Assembly: GCA_963727825.1 (NCBI GenBank)
Contig: CAVSHO010000009.1
Coordinates: 608,001 to 672,000, forward strand
Reading direction: 5' to 3'
Length of the DNA stretch: 64,000 bases
Origin: Ignavibacteriota bacterium
GTDB taxonomy: Bacteria; Bacteroidota; Ignavibacteria; UBA10030
Shown here piece after piece: positions 9,500 to 18,740 of the stretch. Each line of letters opens with the position of its first letter. Position 1 is the first letter of the stretch. The position numbers were made by a program, and so were the translations under genes. The notes beneath the pieces were generated by a model. That model searched no databases. It worked only from the letters and a program-made list of their open reading frames with translations, and was not told the DNA's origin.

Positions 9500-9828
9500 T
9501 GTCGTTATTTACACTATAAGCTACACCAAAACACACTATTTGTCTGTCGTATTTTAACAAGTTGCTTGTAGCGATTTTTGTCACGTCCCTGTCGTAAAAG
9601 TACTAACGATTTGACAACATTTACACATATAGACCTAACAAAATGGTTTAAGAATATCATGTGTATACTTGTGGAAAAATCACTACAAGATTATAAATAG
9701 CAGTTATTTGGCTGTTTTTTATCACTTCGTAATAAGATAAGAGTTGACAACTTGTTCATAGTATACTGCAAAACGACAGAAGTACGTGGTAAAAATACGA
9801 CAATGTACTTGTTGTAATACGACAAGTA
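9500..9828. promoter_or_regulatory. Phased TGTCGT/ACGACA boxes in a divergent intergenic region, candidate regulator sites
   Basis: TGTCGT at 9500, 9545, 9590; ACGACA at 9773, 9797, 9819; 11-1-11 inverted repeat at 9806-9828. Confidence 0.5.
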
Positions 9829-9940
9829 GAAAATTGCTTTTACTTACGTCTCCTCCGTATATTGATTTGCGTAGATTCTGAATTCGTGATAAGAGGTGTT
9901 AGATTTTTAATAAACGTTCTATTACAAAAGTATAAAGTTA

Positions 9941-10345
9941 ATGCAAATACAAGATTATAAATCCAGGCGCGGCCTTCAATATTCATATGGACAAATATGG
10001 GAAAAGATACTGGGTAATATGAAAGAAGAATACAATCAAATATCTGCTGAAAAAATTCTTCACGAAGCGACCACGGTATTAAATGCCGCACGTCAGCATG
10101 CCTCAGAACTTTCAGAGCGCGGAGTGACGGATGAGGAGTTTCATGCCATGCGTGTTCTTATTACTCGTGTTGCTGCGCGCACATATACTTCTTCACTAGG
10201 AAATAATATCGACTTCGCTACCGAAGTGCGCAACCTTAAAATTTATAAAGAAGTCATTTTCAGAACGGCAGAAATGCAATTTGGCCACACAAACAATGTG
10301 CTGAACGAATTTAAATATGCCGCACCACATTATTCGTTTATTTGA
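9941..10345 (+). CDS. Hypothetical alpha-helical protein (true start may be ATG 10019)
   Basis: 134-aa ORF with amphipathic helical pattern; no recognised motif. Confidence 0.55.
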   Translation: MQIQDYKSRRGLQYSYGQIWEKILGNMKEEYNQISAEKILHEATTVLNAARQHASELSERGVTDEEFHAMRVLITRVAARTYTSSLGNNIDFATEVRNLKIYKEVIFRTAEMQFGHTNNVLNEFKYAAPHYSFI

Positions 10346-10505
10346 TATATCTCGCATCCAAAAGATTTATCCCAGAAATTGATAGATGTAAATGGTATTC
10401 GAGTAAGTAAAAATACTTCGTAGTACCAATTGGTTTTACATAATGTAGATTATATATAGAACCGACTACTTCTGCTTTTTACCACATTCATCAAAGGAGA
10501 TTATA

Positions 10506-11300
10506 ATGAGGCCACGCATATCCATAGCACGTATAAAATCAGTACAGAAGTTCCGATATGGCTGGGTTCCGGATGTGCCCGACCAGCGAGATCTTCTTTA
10601 TGGCGCAGTGTGTCCCGCTCCTTTAGTGCTTCCGCAAAATGTTGACTTGCGACCGACATGCTCGCCAGTGGAGAACCAAAGTACTCTCGGAAGTTGTACG
10701 GGCAATGCTCTTGCCGCTGCAATCGAGTTTCTCGAACGAAAGGACAATGTTCCGTTCGTGGATGCGAGCAGATTGTTTATCTATTATAATGAACGGGCTA
10801 TCGAGGGAACCGTCAAATCGGATTCAGGGGCAATGATACGCGATGGAATCAAAACATTGAAGAATCAGGGAGTGTGTTCCGAAATAAATTGGCCATACAT
10901 CGTTTCAAAATTTGCAATTAAGCCAAGTGAATCTTGTTACAAAGAAGCGCTGAAGCGACAAATCACATCGTACCATCGCATTCTTACGGTCGACGAAATG
11001 CGGACGTGCCTCGCCGAAGGTTTTCCGTTTGTGTTCGGGTTCACTGTGTATGAGAGTTTCGAATCGCAGGAAGTTGCGCGCTCCGGCATTGTGCAAATGC
11101 CTCAGCCGAATGAACGCTCCATTGGCGGTCATGCAGTGCTTGCCGTTGGGTATGACGATATACAGAAACGATTTATTGTCCGGAACTCGTGGGGAACCGA
11201 CTGGGGAATGAAAGGATATTTCACAATCCAGTACGACTATCTTGCAAACCGAAATCTTGCCGACGATATCTGGACGATACGTAGAGGAGAAAAGATGTAG
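10506..11300 (+). CDS. Papain-like C1 family cysteine peptidase
   Basis: NQSTLGSCTG (Gln/Cys), GGHAVLAVGYDD (His), VRNSWG (Asn); RBS AAGGAG; no signal peptide. Confidence 0.92.
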   Translation: MRPRISIARIKSVQKFRYGWVPDVPDQRDLLYGAVCPAPLVLPQNVDLRPTCSPVENQSTLGSCTGNALAAAIEFLERKDNVPFVDASRLFIYYNERAIEGTVKSDSGAMIRDGIKTLKNQGVCSEINWPYIVSKFAIKPSESCYKEALKRQITSYHRILTVDEMRTCLAEGFPFVFGFTVYESFESQEVARSGIVQMPQPNERSIGGHAVLAVGYDDIQKRFIVRNSWGTDWGMKGYFTIQYDYLANRNLADDIWTIRRGEKM

Positions 11301-11444
11301 TATGGCTTCGATAAAAAGAACAAATATCAATTTGTAAATCTTGTTGTACAGAATCTTGAAAAGCGTTAAAAGTCACTAACATTAAATCGGGGGCTTTTCT
11401 AATTTCTTGTGCGCTGTCACCCTTTACGGCGCGTTAGCCTCCAT

Positions 11445-11476
11445 AATCCCCGGTACTTAACAGAGTGCCGGGGATT
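11445..11476. terminator. Strong hairpin, probable terminator
   Basis: AATCCCCGGTAC...GTGCCGGGGATT followed by TAGTTTATT. Confidence 0.5.
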
Positions 11477-11646
11477 TAGTTTATTGACTATGATTCTAAA
11501 CAGAGCTAAATTATCACAAAGTAGTTGCCGTTACGTGGAGGGACTAGGCATCTAATACTTATCTCTTTCTTCAAGGAAAAACCTAAAATAATAATGGATA
11601 GAGATATCAAATTACATGTTAGGCCGCCTAAAGGTAGTTTCAATAA

Positions 11647-12114
11647 ATGATTAAAAGCCTAAATATTCGTGAAGCGAAGAAGACCGACGCCATTGCGCTT
11701 GCAAAACTTTCTGGAGAACTCGGGTATCCTACAACAGCGGAAGATATGGAAAGTCGTTTCGATAAATTGTCTGCTAAATCCGATAATGGTATTTATGTTG
11801 CCGAACTTGATTCTATTGTGGGTTGGATTCATGTTTCCGTTATTCAATCGTTGGAAAGTAATCCATTTGTAGAAATTTGTGGGCTTGTTGTTGCGGAGTC
11901 ACATCGTGGCACAGGAATCGGAACACGACTCGTTGCAATGGCTGAAAGTTGGGCTCAAGAAAAGGGATATAACCAAATTCGTGTTCGTACAAATATTCTG
12001 CGAGAGGAAACGAGAAGGTTCTACAGACAAGTAGGATTTCAATTCAAGAAAACTCAAGAAGTGTTTGATAAAATAATTCAAATCGGCGGCCTAACCGAGG
12101 CGCTCCCCGCTTAA
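11647..12114 (+). CDS. GNAT family N-acetyltransferase (cassette-borne)
   Basis: LVVAESHRGTGIGTRLV acetyl-CoA motif, RFYRQVGF; C-terminus reads into an attC-like site. Confidence 0.9.
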   Translation: MIKSLNIREAKKTDAIALAKLSGELGYPTTAEDMESRFDKLSAKSDNGIYVAELDSIVGWIHVSVIQSLESNPFVEICGLVVAESHRGTGIGTRLVAMAESWAQEKGYNQIRVRTNILREETRRFYRQVGFQFKKTQEVFDKIIQIGGLTEALPA

Positions 12115-12237
12115 CCCGCCACAAGACATGCGGGCAGGCATGGTACGTTAGGCGGCACAGAAGCAAGATTACAATTATTAGCAAATATTATTATTATTAT
12201 GATAATTCACTCTGTCCCACAATTTTAGAGGTGCAAT

Positions 12238-12903
12238 ATGATGAATGTTTATAGTAAAAGGTCATTCCTGGTGTTTTCCGCTATGTTGGTGTTTTTAATC
12301 AGTGGTTACATCACATTGGGATATGCTTCTGAAGAACCCGGAATAAATGTAAGTCTAATTGTTCCTGCCTGGGCACCCCCTTACCAAAATGCTCAACTTG
12401 TCAAATATTATTATCTCCCCGACATAGAGGTATACTATGATGTCTCGAATCAGGAGTTCGTTTATCTACAAGATGGTAGCTGGATGTTCTCGTCTTCTCT
12501 CCCGCCAATTTACGCAGGTTTCGATTTATACAATAGCTTTGTCGTAATGCTTGACTCCCGGGTGTACGAACCCTGGATGCATCATCATTATTATGTTTCC
12601 CATTATCCACGTTATTACTATCATTCAGTTTACAATGTCACCGATACGCGTGACCTCAGAGGCTTTAATGAAAATAAGAAAGTTGTAATCCGACTTAAGG
12701 CGGAAGAAAAGATAAAACTCAATGAGGCGTCTAATAAAAGATCTGAGAATGAGAAAGTTATACCGCTTAATAAGGAACAAAGGAAAATTGAATCCAAACG
12801 ACCGCCACAACGAATGAAGTATTATGGACAAAATATTGGCAAACCCGTTAAAGTCGAAAAACAAATGATGCAGCCAAAAGAAAATAAGGAGAAGAATAGA
12901 TAA
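12238..12903 (+). CDS. Hypothetical exported protein (Tyr/Pro-rich core, charged tail; cassette-borne)
   Basis: Signal-like N-terminus; PAWAPPY, YYYLPDIEVYYD; Lys/Glu-rich C-terminus. Confidence 0.65.
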   Translation: MMNVYSKRSFLVFSAMLVFLISGYITLGYASEEPGINVSLIVPAWAPPYQNAQLVKYYYLPDIEVYYDVSNQEFVYLQDGSWMFSSSLPPIYAGFDLYNSFVVMLDSRVYEPWMHHHYYVSHYPRYYYHSVYNVTDTRDLRGFNENKKVVIRLKAEEKIKLNEASNKRSENEKVIPLNKEQRKIESKRPPQRMKYYGQNIGKPVKVEKQMMQPKENKEKNR

Positions 12904-13235
12904 CAAGGGGCTTTATTTGAACCGCCTAACAACTTTGAAAAGGGACGAGGCAAGGCGCCCCCGACGATTGCGGGCAGGCATCCATTAGATGGTGAACGGA
13001 GTAAAGAGAACAAGTTATTTTTTCTTCTCCTGAGAACTCAAATGGTACGTATTGGATTTAATGCCGAAAATTCTACGGCAATAGAACAATATTTCAAAGA
13101 AAAAGGGCTTACTCTCTTAATCATCAAGCAACAGTCTAACCGCACGCTCCTCGTTTGAAAGCATAGGGTTGGTTGGCGGAGCTGCACCGCCTCCTGCAAG
13201 TAATAAACACAAACAAGAATAAATAGGAGTACACA

Positions 13236-13505
13236 ATGTTGTTCCAAGTGAAAGTCAGGGTAAATGTTGCAAAAATGGCAGAGTTTGGACAGAAATTACA
13301 GAAAGGTGAATTGGACAGAAGTTGCATCCGAGGAGAGACTTATTGCCTTAAAAGTGATCCTGCCATTGGATTCAGCATCTGGGAAGCTGACAGTAAAAAT
13401 GAATTTGATGGAATATTCGCTCCGTGGTGTAATTACTATGACGAAGTTGAAGTTAAAGAGGTCATTACTCCATTAGAAGCAATGACTATGCTTTTTAAAA
13501 AATAA
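13236..13505 (+). CDS. Small hypothetical protein (cassette-borne)
   Basis: RBS AGGAG, 89 aa, stop immediately before the attC-like site at 13515. Confidence 0.65.
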   Translation: MLFQVKVRVNVAKMAEFGQKLQKGELDRSCIRGETYCLKSDPAIGFSIWEADSKNEFDGIFAPWCNYYDEVEVKEVITPLEAMTMLFKK

Positions 13506-13766
13506 TAACTGGCCGCCTAACTGGACACTCCCCGCTTGAAAGCATAGGGCTCGTTGACCGAGCGCCAATTCGTTAGGGCGCAATTGTGTCCTTTGATCTT
13601 CTCTTCACTCGAATATTTCTTCCGGATCTTTCATTTTATCTCTTGTACTGATCATCATAACAAAGTATTTCTGGTTTAAATATTTTTCATTTACCTTGTT
13701 ATAGTGACATAAAGAGATCAAGTTGATTACAGTGCAATCAATAAAATATTTAACGGGAGATTTAAT

Positions 13767-15830
13767 ATGAATAAACCAAGAAACAGCTTTAAAGACTTCC
13801 GATCTATTATTCGGTTGATTTCTTCTGTAGGAATCAATCTTGTGTTAGTCATGAATCTTTTTTCTCAATCATCCACATTCCGGCTCGCTCCGCTATTCCA
13901 GGATAATATGATACTTCAGCAACAAACTGATGTAACTATCTGGGGAAAAGGAAATCCCGGAAGTTTGGTGGTCATCCAGACGTCATGGGGAAAAATTGCT
14001 GATGCAGTAGTTCAATCAGATGGTAATTGGACAGCTAAGGTATCGACTCCAAAAGCGGGCGGGCCATTTCAAATGACTTTTCGATATGGAAAATATATAA
14101 CTGTAGTGCGGAATATCTTGATTGGCGAAGTATGGCTTTGCTCTGGACAATCGAACATGGAAATGCCGCTTGAGGGCTGGCCGCCATCGGATACCATTGC
14201 AAATAGTGCTAATGAAATTGACCATGCACTATATCCCACTATTCGTATGTTCTCTGTCATGCAAGTGTATGAACCGGCTCCAGTGAATATATGTGTCGGC
14301 AACTGGACCGAGTGTTCACCGCTTGATGTTCGCAAATTCAGTGCGACAGCATTTTATTTCGGGAAAATATTAAGTAAGGAACTTAAGGTGCCTATAGGCC
14401 TCATCAATTCAAGTTTTGGTGGAACATCCATCGAGGCGTGGATGAGTAAACAAGGCCTGAATCCTTTCGAAGAGTTTTCCGGTCAATTGAAAAAACTGGA
14501 TGAAAGCCAAGAAGGTTTGCGTTCGCTGAACCAGTGGATCACGAATCATAAAAGCATTGATGTAACCGAACAAGATCCGCTCCGGAGGTGGGAAGGATTC
14601 AGTTTCCAAGATGAAAAATGTTCTGCACGCGCTTACAACGATAGCAGCTGGAAAGAAATGAAGCTGCCTACATTGTGGGAGCAGACTTCTGTGGGCGAAT
14701 TTGATGGTGTCGTTTGGTTTAGGAAATCTGTTGTTATTCCCAATACTTGGATAGGAAAAGAACTTATACTTCAACTTGGTCCGATTGATGATATGGATGA
14801 GACATATGTAAACGGTCAACAAATCGGCCGTCATATGATGGATGGATACTATAGTACGAATCGTATCTATAAAATAAATGCGCCGATCGTAAAAGATTCT
14901 TTGCTGCAGATTGCAGTGCGCGTGATTGATATACGCGGAGGCGGCGGCATTTGGGGAAATGGAATAAAGATGAAAGTTGCGCCAGACTCTCTGAGTGATG
15001 GAATCTCAATCGAAGGCAATTGGAAATTCTTGCCGGTGGCGGAATTAAAGTCAAATACATTTTATATTTATGGAGCGGAAGGATGTGAATTTAATTACCG
15101 GCCCAAATTCTCACTCCCTTTTTCGCAGGCGACCCCAACCTCACTTTTCAATGGCATGATCAACCCGTTGCTTCCGTTTACTATCAAGGGAGTTATCTGG
15201 TATCAGGGGGAAAACAATGTTCCCAATCCTCTGCTTTATAAAAAATTATTCCCGGCAATGATTGCCGATTGGCGAAAAGTATTCCAGAGCGGCGAATTTC
15301 CATTCTATTTTGTCCAAATTGCGCCATATGATTACGATAAAGACTCAAAATCGCAGCTTCTGCGCGAAGCACAGTGTGAGGCGCTTTCTGTGAAGAACAC
15401 AGGCATGGCGGTTACACTCGACATCGGGAATCCAAAAAATATACATCCAACTGACAAAGAAGATGTCGGGAAACGGCTTGCTTTTTGGGCATTAGCAAAA
15501 ACATATGGAAAGAAAATTCCATTCTCTGGCCCATTGTACAAATCTATGAAAGCATCGAAAGGGAAAATTATATTGTCATTCGAACACATTGGCAAGGGAT
15601 TGATTCTAAAAGATAGAAACGGAGATTTCAATTTTCTTGTTGCCGGTGAAGATAAGGTTTTCAAAAAAGCATTGGTAGCAGTAGAAGGCAAAAATCTGGT
15701 TGTTTATCATCCGGAAATTTCAAAACCAATCGCGGTGCGGTATGCATGGAGTAACATCGAAGAAAGTACGTTCTTTAATAAAGATGGATTACCAGCCCCG
15801 CCATTCCGAACAGATACCTGGCCGGAATAA
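13767..15830 (+). CDS. Sialate O-acetylesterase (SASA family) with inserted sugar-binding domain
   Basis: GEVWLCSGQSNME, GGTSIEAW, KGVIWYQGE, NIHP.DKEDVG.RL, VRYAW; signal-like N-terminus. Confidence 0.9.
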   Translation: MNKPRNSFKDFRSIIRLISSVGINLVLVMNLFSQSSTFRLAPLFQDNMILQQQTDVTIWGKGNPGSLVVIQTSWGKIADAVVQSDGNWTAKVSTPKAGGPFQMTFRYGKYITVVRNILIGEVWLCSGQSNMEMPLEGWPPSDTIANSANEIDHALYPTIRMFSVMQVYEPAPVNICVGNWTECSPLDVRKFSATAFYFGKILSKELKVPIGLINSSFGGTSIEAWMSKQGLNPFEEFSGQLKKLDESQEGLRSLNQWITNHKSIDVTEQDPLRRWEGFSFQDEKCSARAYNDSSWKEMKLPTLWEQTSVGEFDGVVWFRKSVVIPNTWIGKELILQLGPIDDMDETYVNGQQIGRHMMDGYYSTNRIYKINAPIVKDSLLQIAVRVIDIRGGGGIWGNGIKMKVAPDSLSDGISIEGNWKFLPVAELKSNTFYIYGAEGCEFNYRPKFSLPFSQATPTSLFNGMINPLLPFTIKGVIWYQGENNVPNPLLYKKLFPAMIADWRKVFQSGEFPFYFVQIAPYDYDKDSKSQLLREAQCEALSVKNTGMAVTLDIGNPKNIHPTDKEDVGKRLAFWALAKTYGKKIPFSGPLYKSMKASKGKIILSFEHIGKGLILKDRNGDFNFLVAGEDKVFKKALVAVEGKNLVVYHPEISKPIAVRYAWSNIEESTFFNKDGLPAPPFRTDTWPE

Positions 15831-15885
15831 TAGAATCCGAATGTACTTATTATAAATTTTCTTGGAGATTATTATTATTAATCCT

Positions 15886-16001
15886 CGGAGCAGAAGTACT
15901 GGCAGATTCCGGGCAATCGAAATTTTCTCATTTATACATCAGGATTATCTTGCTTGAACTTTAATGTTGTGCTATTAATTTTCAGTGTCTAAATCTATAA
16001 G
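15886..16001 (+). pseudogene. Degenerate copy of the 3' end of the cupin gene and its downstream DNA (direct repeat of 17402-17518)
   Basis: Manual alignment gives about 19 differences over 117 nt, including a 1-nt deletion. Confidence 0.8.
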
Positions 16002-16097
16002 TTGAAAGTTCGCTTCTGTGCAAGAATTCATTTGAATGCCAATGTTTGCACAAACGAAAAATATTATTATTTTATTTAATGTCTAGACGGAAGTAAT

Positions 16098-16478
16098 ATG
16101 AAACTACGTCACCTCTTCATCATTAACTTTTTCTTCGCCATTTTCTTTGGTGGGTCGTGTTTTCTATTTCCTCATTGGGTTTTCAAATTGTATGGCCTTG
16201 CTCCCAATGGCGCGGCTATTTGGACAGCCCGCTTAGTAGGTGGATCAATTCTTGGTTTTGCAACTCTTATGTGGTTCGGACAGAAAGCAATATCCATTGA
16301 TACACGTAGAGCAATTGCAATCGCCCTCTTAATTCAGGACGTGATCGGATGTATTGCATCGGTTGAATTCCAGCTTACTGGGACTATCAATACATTTGGC
16401 TGGTTTAGTTTAGCATTGTATGGCCTTTTGGCAATTGGTTACGCCTTCTTTCTATTTGTGAAACCCTTGAACTGTTAG
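16098..16478 (+). CDS. Hypothetical 4-TM membrane protein
   Basis: Four hydrophobic segments in 126 aa. Confidence 0.7.
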   Translation: MKLRHLFIINFFFAIFFGGSCFLFPHWVFKLYGLAPNGAAIWTARLVGGSILGFATLMWFGQKAISIDTRRAIAIALLIQDVIGCIASVEFQLTGTINTFGWFSLALYGLLAIGYAFFLFVKPLNC

Positions 16479-16512
16479 GAAGAATACGAGACTGCTGCCT
16501 TACTATGCACTT

Positions 16513-16596
16513 CCCGCCAGAACGCATGGCGGGCATGCCCGCAACAAAGCAGCGATCTGATTGGTGGAGCTGCCCTGTCTGCTGCTGCGGGCAGGC
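16513..16596. repeat. GC-rich nested palindrome (REP-like)
   Basis: CCCGCCA/TGGCGGG and TGCCCGCA/TGCGGGCA stems; TGCGGGCAGGC also occurs at 12129 and 12969. Confidence 0.55.
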
Positions 16597-16645
16597 TATA
16601 ATAATATCGGACGTTCGCAGATAGGCCATATGTGGCAACACAAAT

Positions 16646-17068
16646 ATGGAGATACCCATGGCAAATTCTCAAGATGTCGAAACCCTGGCACGAAGTTGCA
16701 TCGAACTCTTTAACAAACGAACTGTCGAATGGGTTGATACATGTTACGCTGAGAATGTTGAGTGGTTCGAATTACCGTTACCATCCACACCTTCCGGACA
16801 ACATGGCAATAGGGCATTCCTGCGTAATACCGCCCAAAGTCTTAATTCCCTGTTCCCAGATCGCCAAATGACAATCAACAATCTTATTGCCAAAGAAAAC
16901 TACGTTGCTATGGAATTGGAATGGAGAGGTACCGCTGCTGCAAGTTTCGGCAATTTCAAGATGGGTTCGATGGTTCAGTTTCGCATAGCTTCATTTCTAA
17001 CATTTTCTGACGGACTAATAGTCAAACAAATTGACTACTGCGTGCCAATTCAATCTGGTGTCGCTTAG
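16646..17068 (+). CDS. SnoaL-like/NTF2-fold protein
   Basis: CYAENVEW, FPDRQMTINNLIA...VAMELEWRGT, DGLIVKQIDY pattern. Confidence 0.8.
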   Translation: MEIPMANSQDVETLARSCIELFNKRTVEWVDTCYAENVEWFELPLPSTPSGQHGNRAFLRNTAQSLNSLFPDRQMTINNLIAKENYVAMELEWRGTAAASFGNFKMGSMVQFRIASFLTFSDGLIVKQIDYCVPIQSGVA

Positions 17069-17150
17069 CCTGTATTTATCCATTCAGAAACATGACAAAT
17101 AGTGGAATGAAATAAAGCCATGCCCCTTTTTCATAATAAGGAGATTGTAA

Positions 17151-17474
17151 ATGCTTTACAAACCGGATCCGTTAAACTTCAAACAGATTCTCACCGGTAT
17201 TTTCATGAAGCCGCTGACTTACGGAGATAATTCTCTTCTGTGCAAGTTTCAGCTCAAACAAGGTTCGATAATCCCCGCTCATCAACATCCTCAGGAGCAA
17301 ACTGGATATCTTATCTCAGGTCGATTAAGATTTTCTAGTGATGAGGAAGATTTTATCGTCGAACCTGGATGTAGTTGGAATTTCAAAGGCGGGATATTAC
17401 ACGGAGCAGAAGTATTGGAAGATTCCGTAGCAATCGAAATTTTCTCGCCTATACGTCAGGATTATCTTGCCTGA
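17151..17474 (+). CDS. Cupin domain protein
   Basis: PAHQHPQEQTGYLISG and HGAEVLEDS..EIFSP.RQDY. Confidence 0.85.
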   Translation: MLYKPDPLNFKQILTGIFMKPLTYGDNSLLCKFQLKQGSIIPAHQHPQEQTGYLISGRLRFSSDEEDFIVEPGCSWNFKGGILHGAEVLEDSVAIEIFSPIRQDYLA

Positions 17475-17720
17475 ACTTCAATACTGCACTATTAGATTTC
17501 GGATTCTAAATCTATAAGGTCATATATTGAAGTAAATATATTCCCTAAGAAAATATTGCTATAAATCAAATTTCCTTCGCCGAATGCATAACATAAACCT
17601 GTAATATGCGTTTATTGTAAAATTTAGGGTTCCTCGTTGTCTCTCGCTCCATTTTTTTCTACCTTAATCACAGTCGTAAGTTTATAAGGCGCCGACTTCG
17701 TCGCTTCAAAGAAAGGGCAA

Positions 17721-18740
17721 ATGAAGCCAACAACTATTTTTATCACCGGCGCAACCGGTTTTATCGGCACAAAACTTGTCAACGAACTAGTTCGCCAGGG
17801 ACACACAGTCCACGCGCTTACACGAGCCGCAAGCAATCGCGACGGATTGGGTCACGAGCGCATCAAATTAGTGCAAGGCGATATCATGAATCGCGAATCG
17901 CTTATTGCAGGAATGAAGGGCTGCACGCATGTATTTCATCTTGCAGCGTATGCGAAAAACTGGGCACGAGATCCAAGAATATTTTACGAGCATAACGTCA
18001 CCGGTATGTTGAATGTCTTTGATGCGGTAAAACAACTTGGCGTTCAGCGCGTCGTGTGGACGTCAACCATCGTTACTTTTGGACCTACCGCGCCTGGTGT
18101 GATAGGCGACGAAACAATGCCGCGCATCTCATCGAAATACTACACAGAGTATGAAGAGACAAAAGCGGCCGCAGAAAAAGAAGCACTCAAAATGGCGGCG
18201 GAAGGATTCCCTGTGGTTATAGTAAATCCCACGCGCGTTTATGGCCCCGGTAAACTGACGGAAGGAAATTCTGTCAGTTTAATGATCGATCAATACGATC
18301 GTGGTTTAGTACCGATTCTTCTAAACCACGGCGTTAACATCGGGAATTATGTATTTGTAGATGATCTCGTACGTGGACATATTCTCGCAATGGGAAAAGG
18401 GCGCATTGGCGAGCGATATATTATCGGCGGCGAAAATTCATCCCTGAAACATTTCTACGAATTAGTGGATGAAGTAAGCGGCAAGAAACACTTCCAGATC
18501 AATCTTCCACCTATGGTGGGACTTGCTTATGGCGGCATCCAGAAATTTGCTGCAGAAAAATTTGGCATCTATCCTCAAATAACTACCGGCTGGGTGGAAA
18601 CATTTTTGCAGAATTGGGCATATTCTTGCGCTAAAGCCGAGCGTGAACTTGGTTACACATTTACTCCGCTCAAGGAAGGCGTACGATCGACTTATGAATG
18701 GATTTTACAGCAGCGTCAACTTCGGAAGAAAAAATTATGA
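17721..18740 (+). CDS. NAD-dependent epimerase/dehydratase (HpnA/3-beta-HSD-like extended SDR)
   Basis: TGATGFIG, VFHLAA, YEETK, VNPTRVYGPG, GRIGERYI. Confidence 0.88.
   Translation: MKPTTIFITGATGFIGTKLVNELVRQGHTVHALTRAASNRDGLGHERIKLVQGDIMNRESLIAGMKGCTHVFHLAAYAKNWARDPRIFYEHNVTGMLNVFDAVKQLGVQRVVWTSTIVTFGPTAPGVIGDETMPRISSKYYTEYEETKAAAEKEALKMAAEGFPVVIVNPTRVYGPGKLTEGNSVSLMIDQYDRGLVPILLNHGVNIGNYVFVDDLVRGHILAMGKGRIGERYIIGGENSSLKHFYELVDEVSGKKHFQINLPPMVGLAYGGIQKFAAEKFGIYPQITTGWVETFLQNWAYSCAKAERELGYTFTPLKEGVRSTYEWILQQRQLRKKKL

Larger units (their letters stand above)
11550..13578 (+). mobile_element. Cluster of degenerate integron attC-like sites with gene cassettes, no integrase in window (CALIN-like)
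   Basis: RYYYAAC...GTTRRRY-like bounded sites at 12089-12153, 12924-12990, 13515-13578 (64-67 bp), weaker ones at 11550-11624 and from 13134. Cassette ends are complementary (GTTAGGCCGCC 11618 / GGCGGCCTAAC 12085; GTTAGGCGG 12147 / CCGCCTAAC 12922). Confidence 0.7.

Noticed and set aside
11374-11439. Additional attC-like site (CACTAAC...GTTAGCC)
   Set aside because: End boxes are suggestive, but it lacks the shared core and a complementary cassette end; too weak to call.
11370-13580. Possible CRISPR array from recurring motifs
   Set aside because: Repeats are not identical, spacing is gene-sized, and there are no cas genes. attC-like sites fit better.
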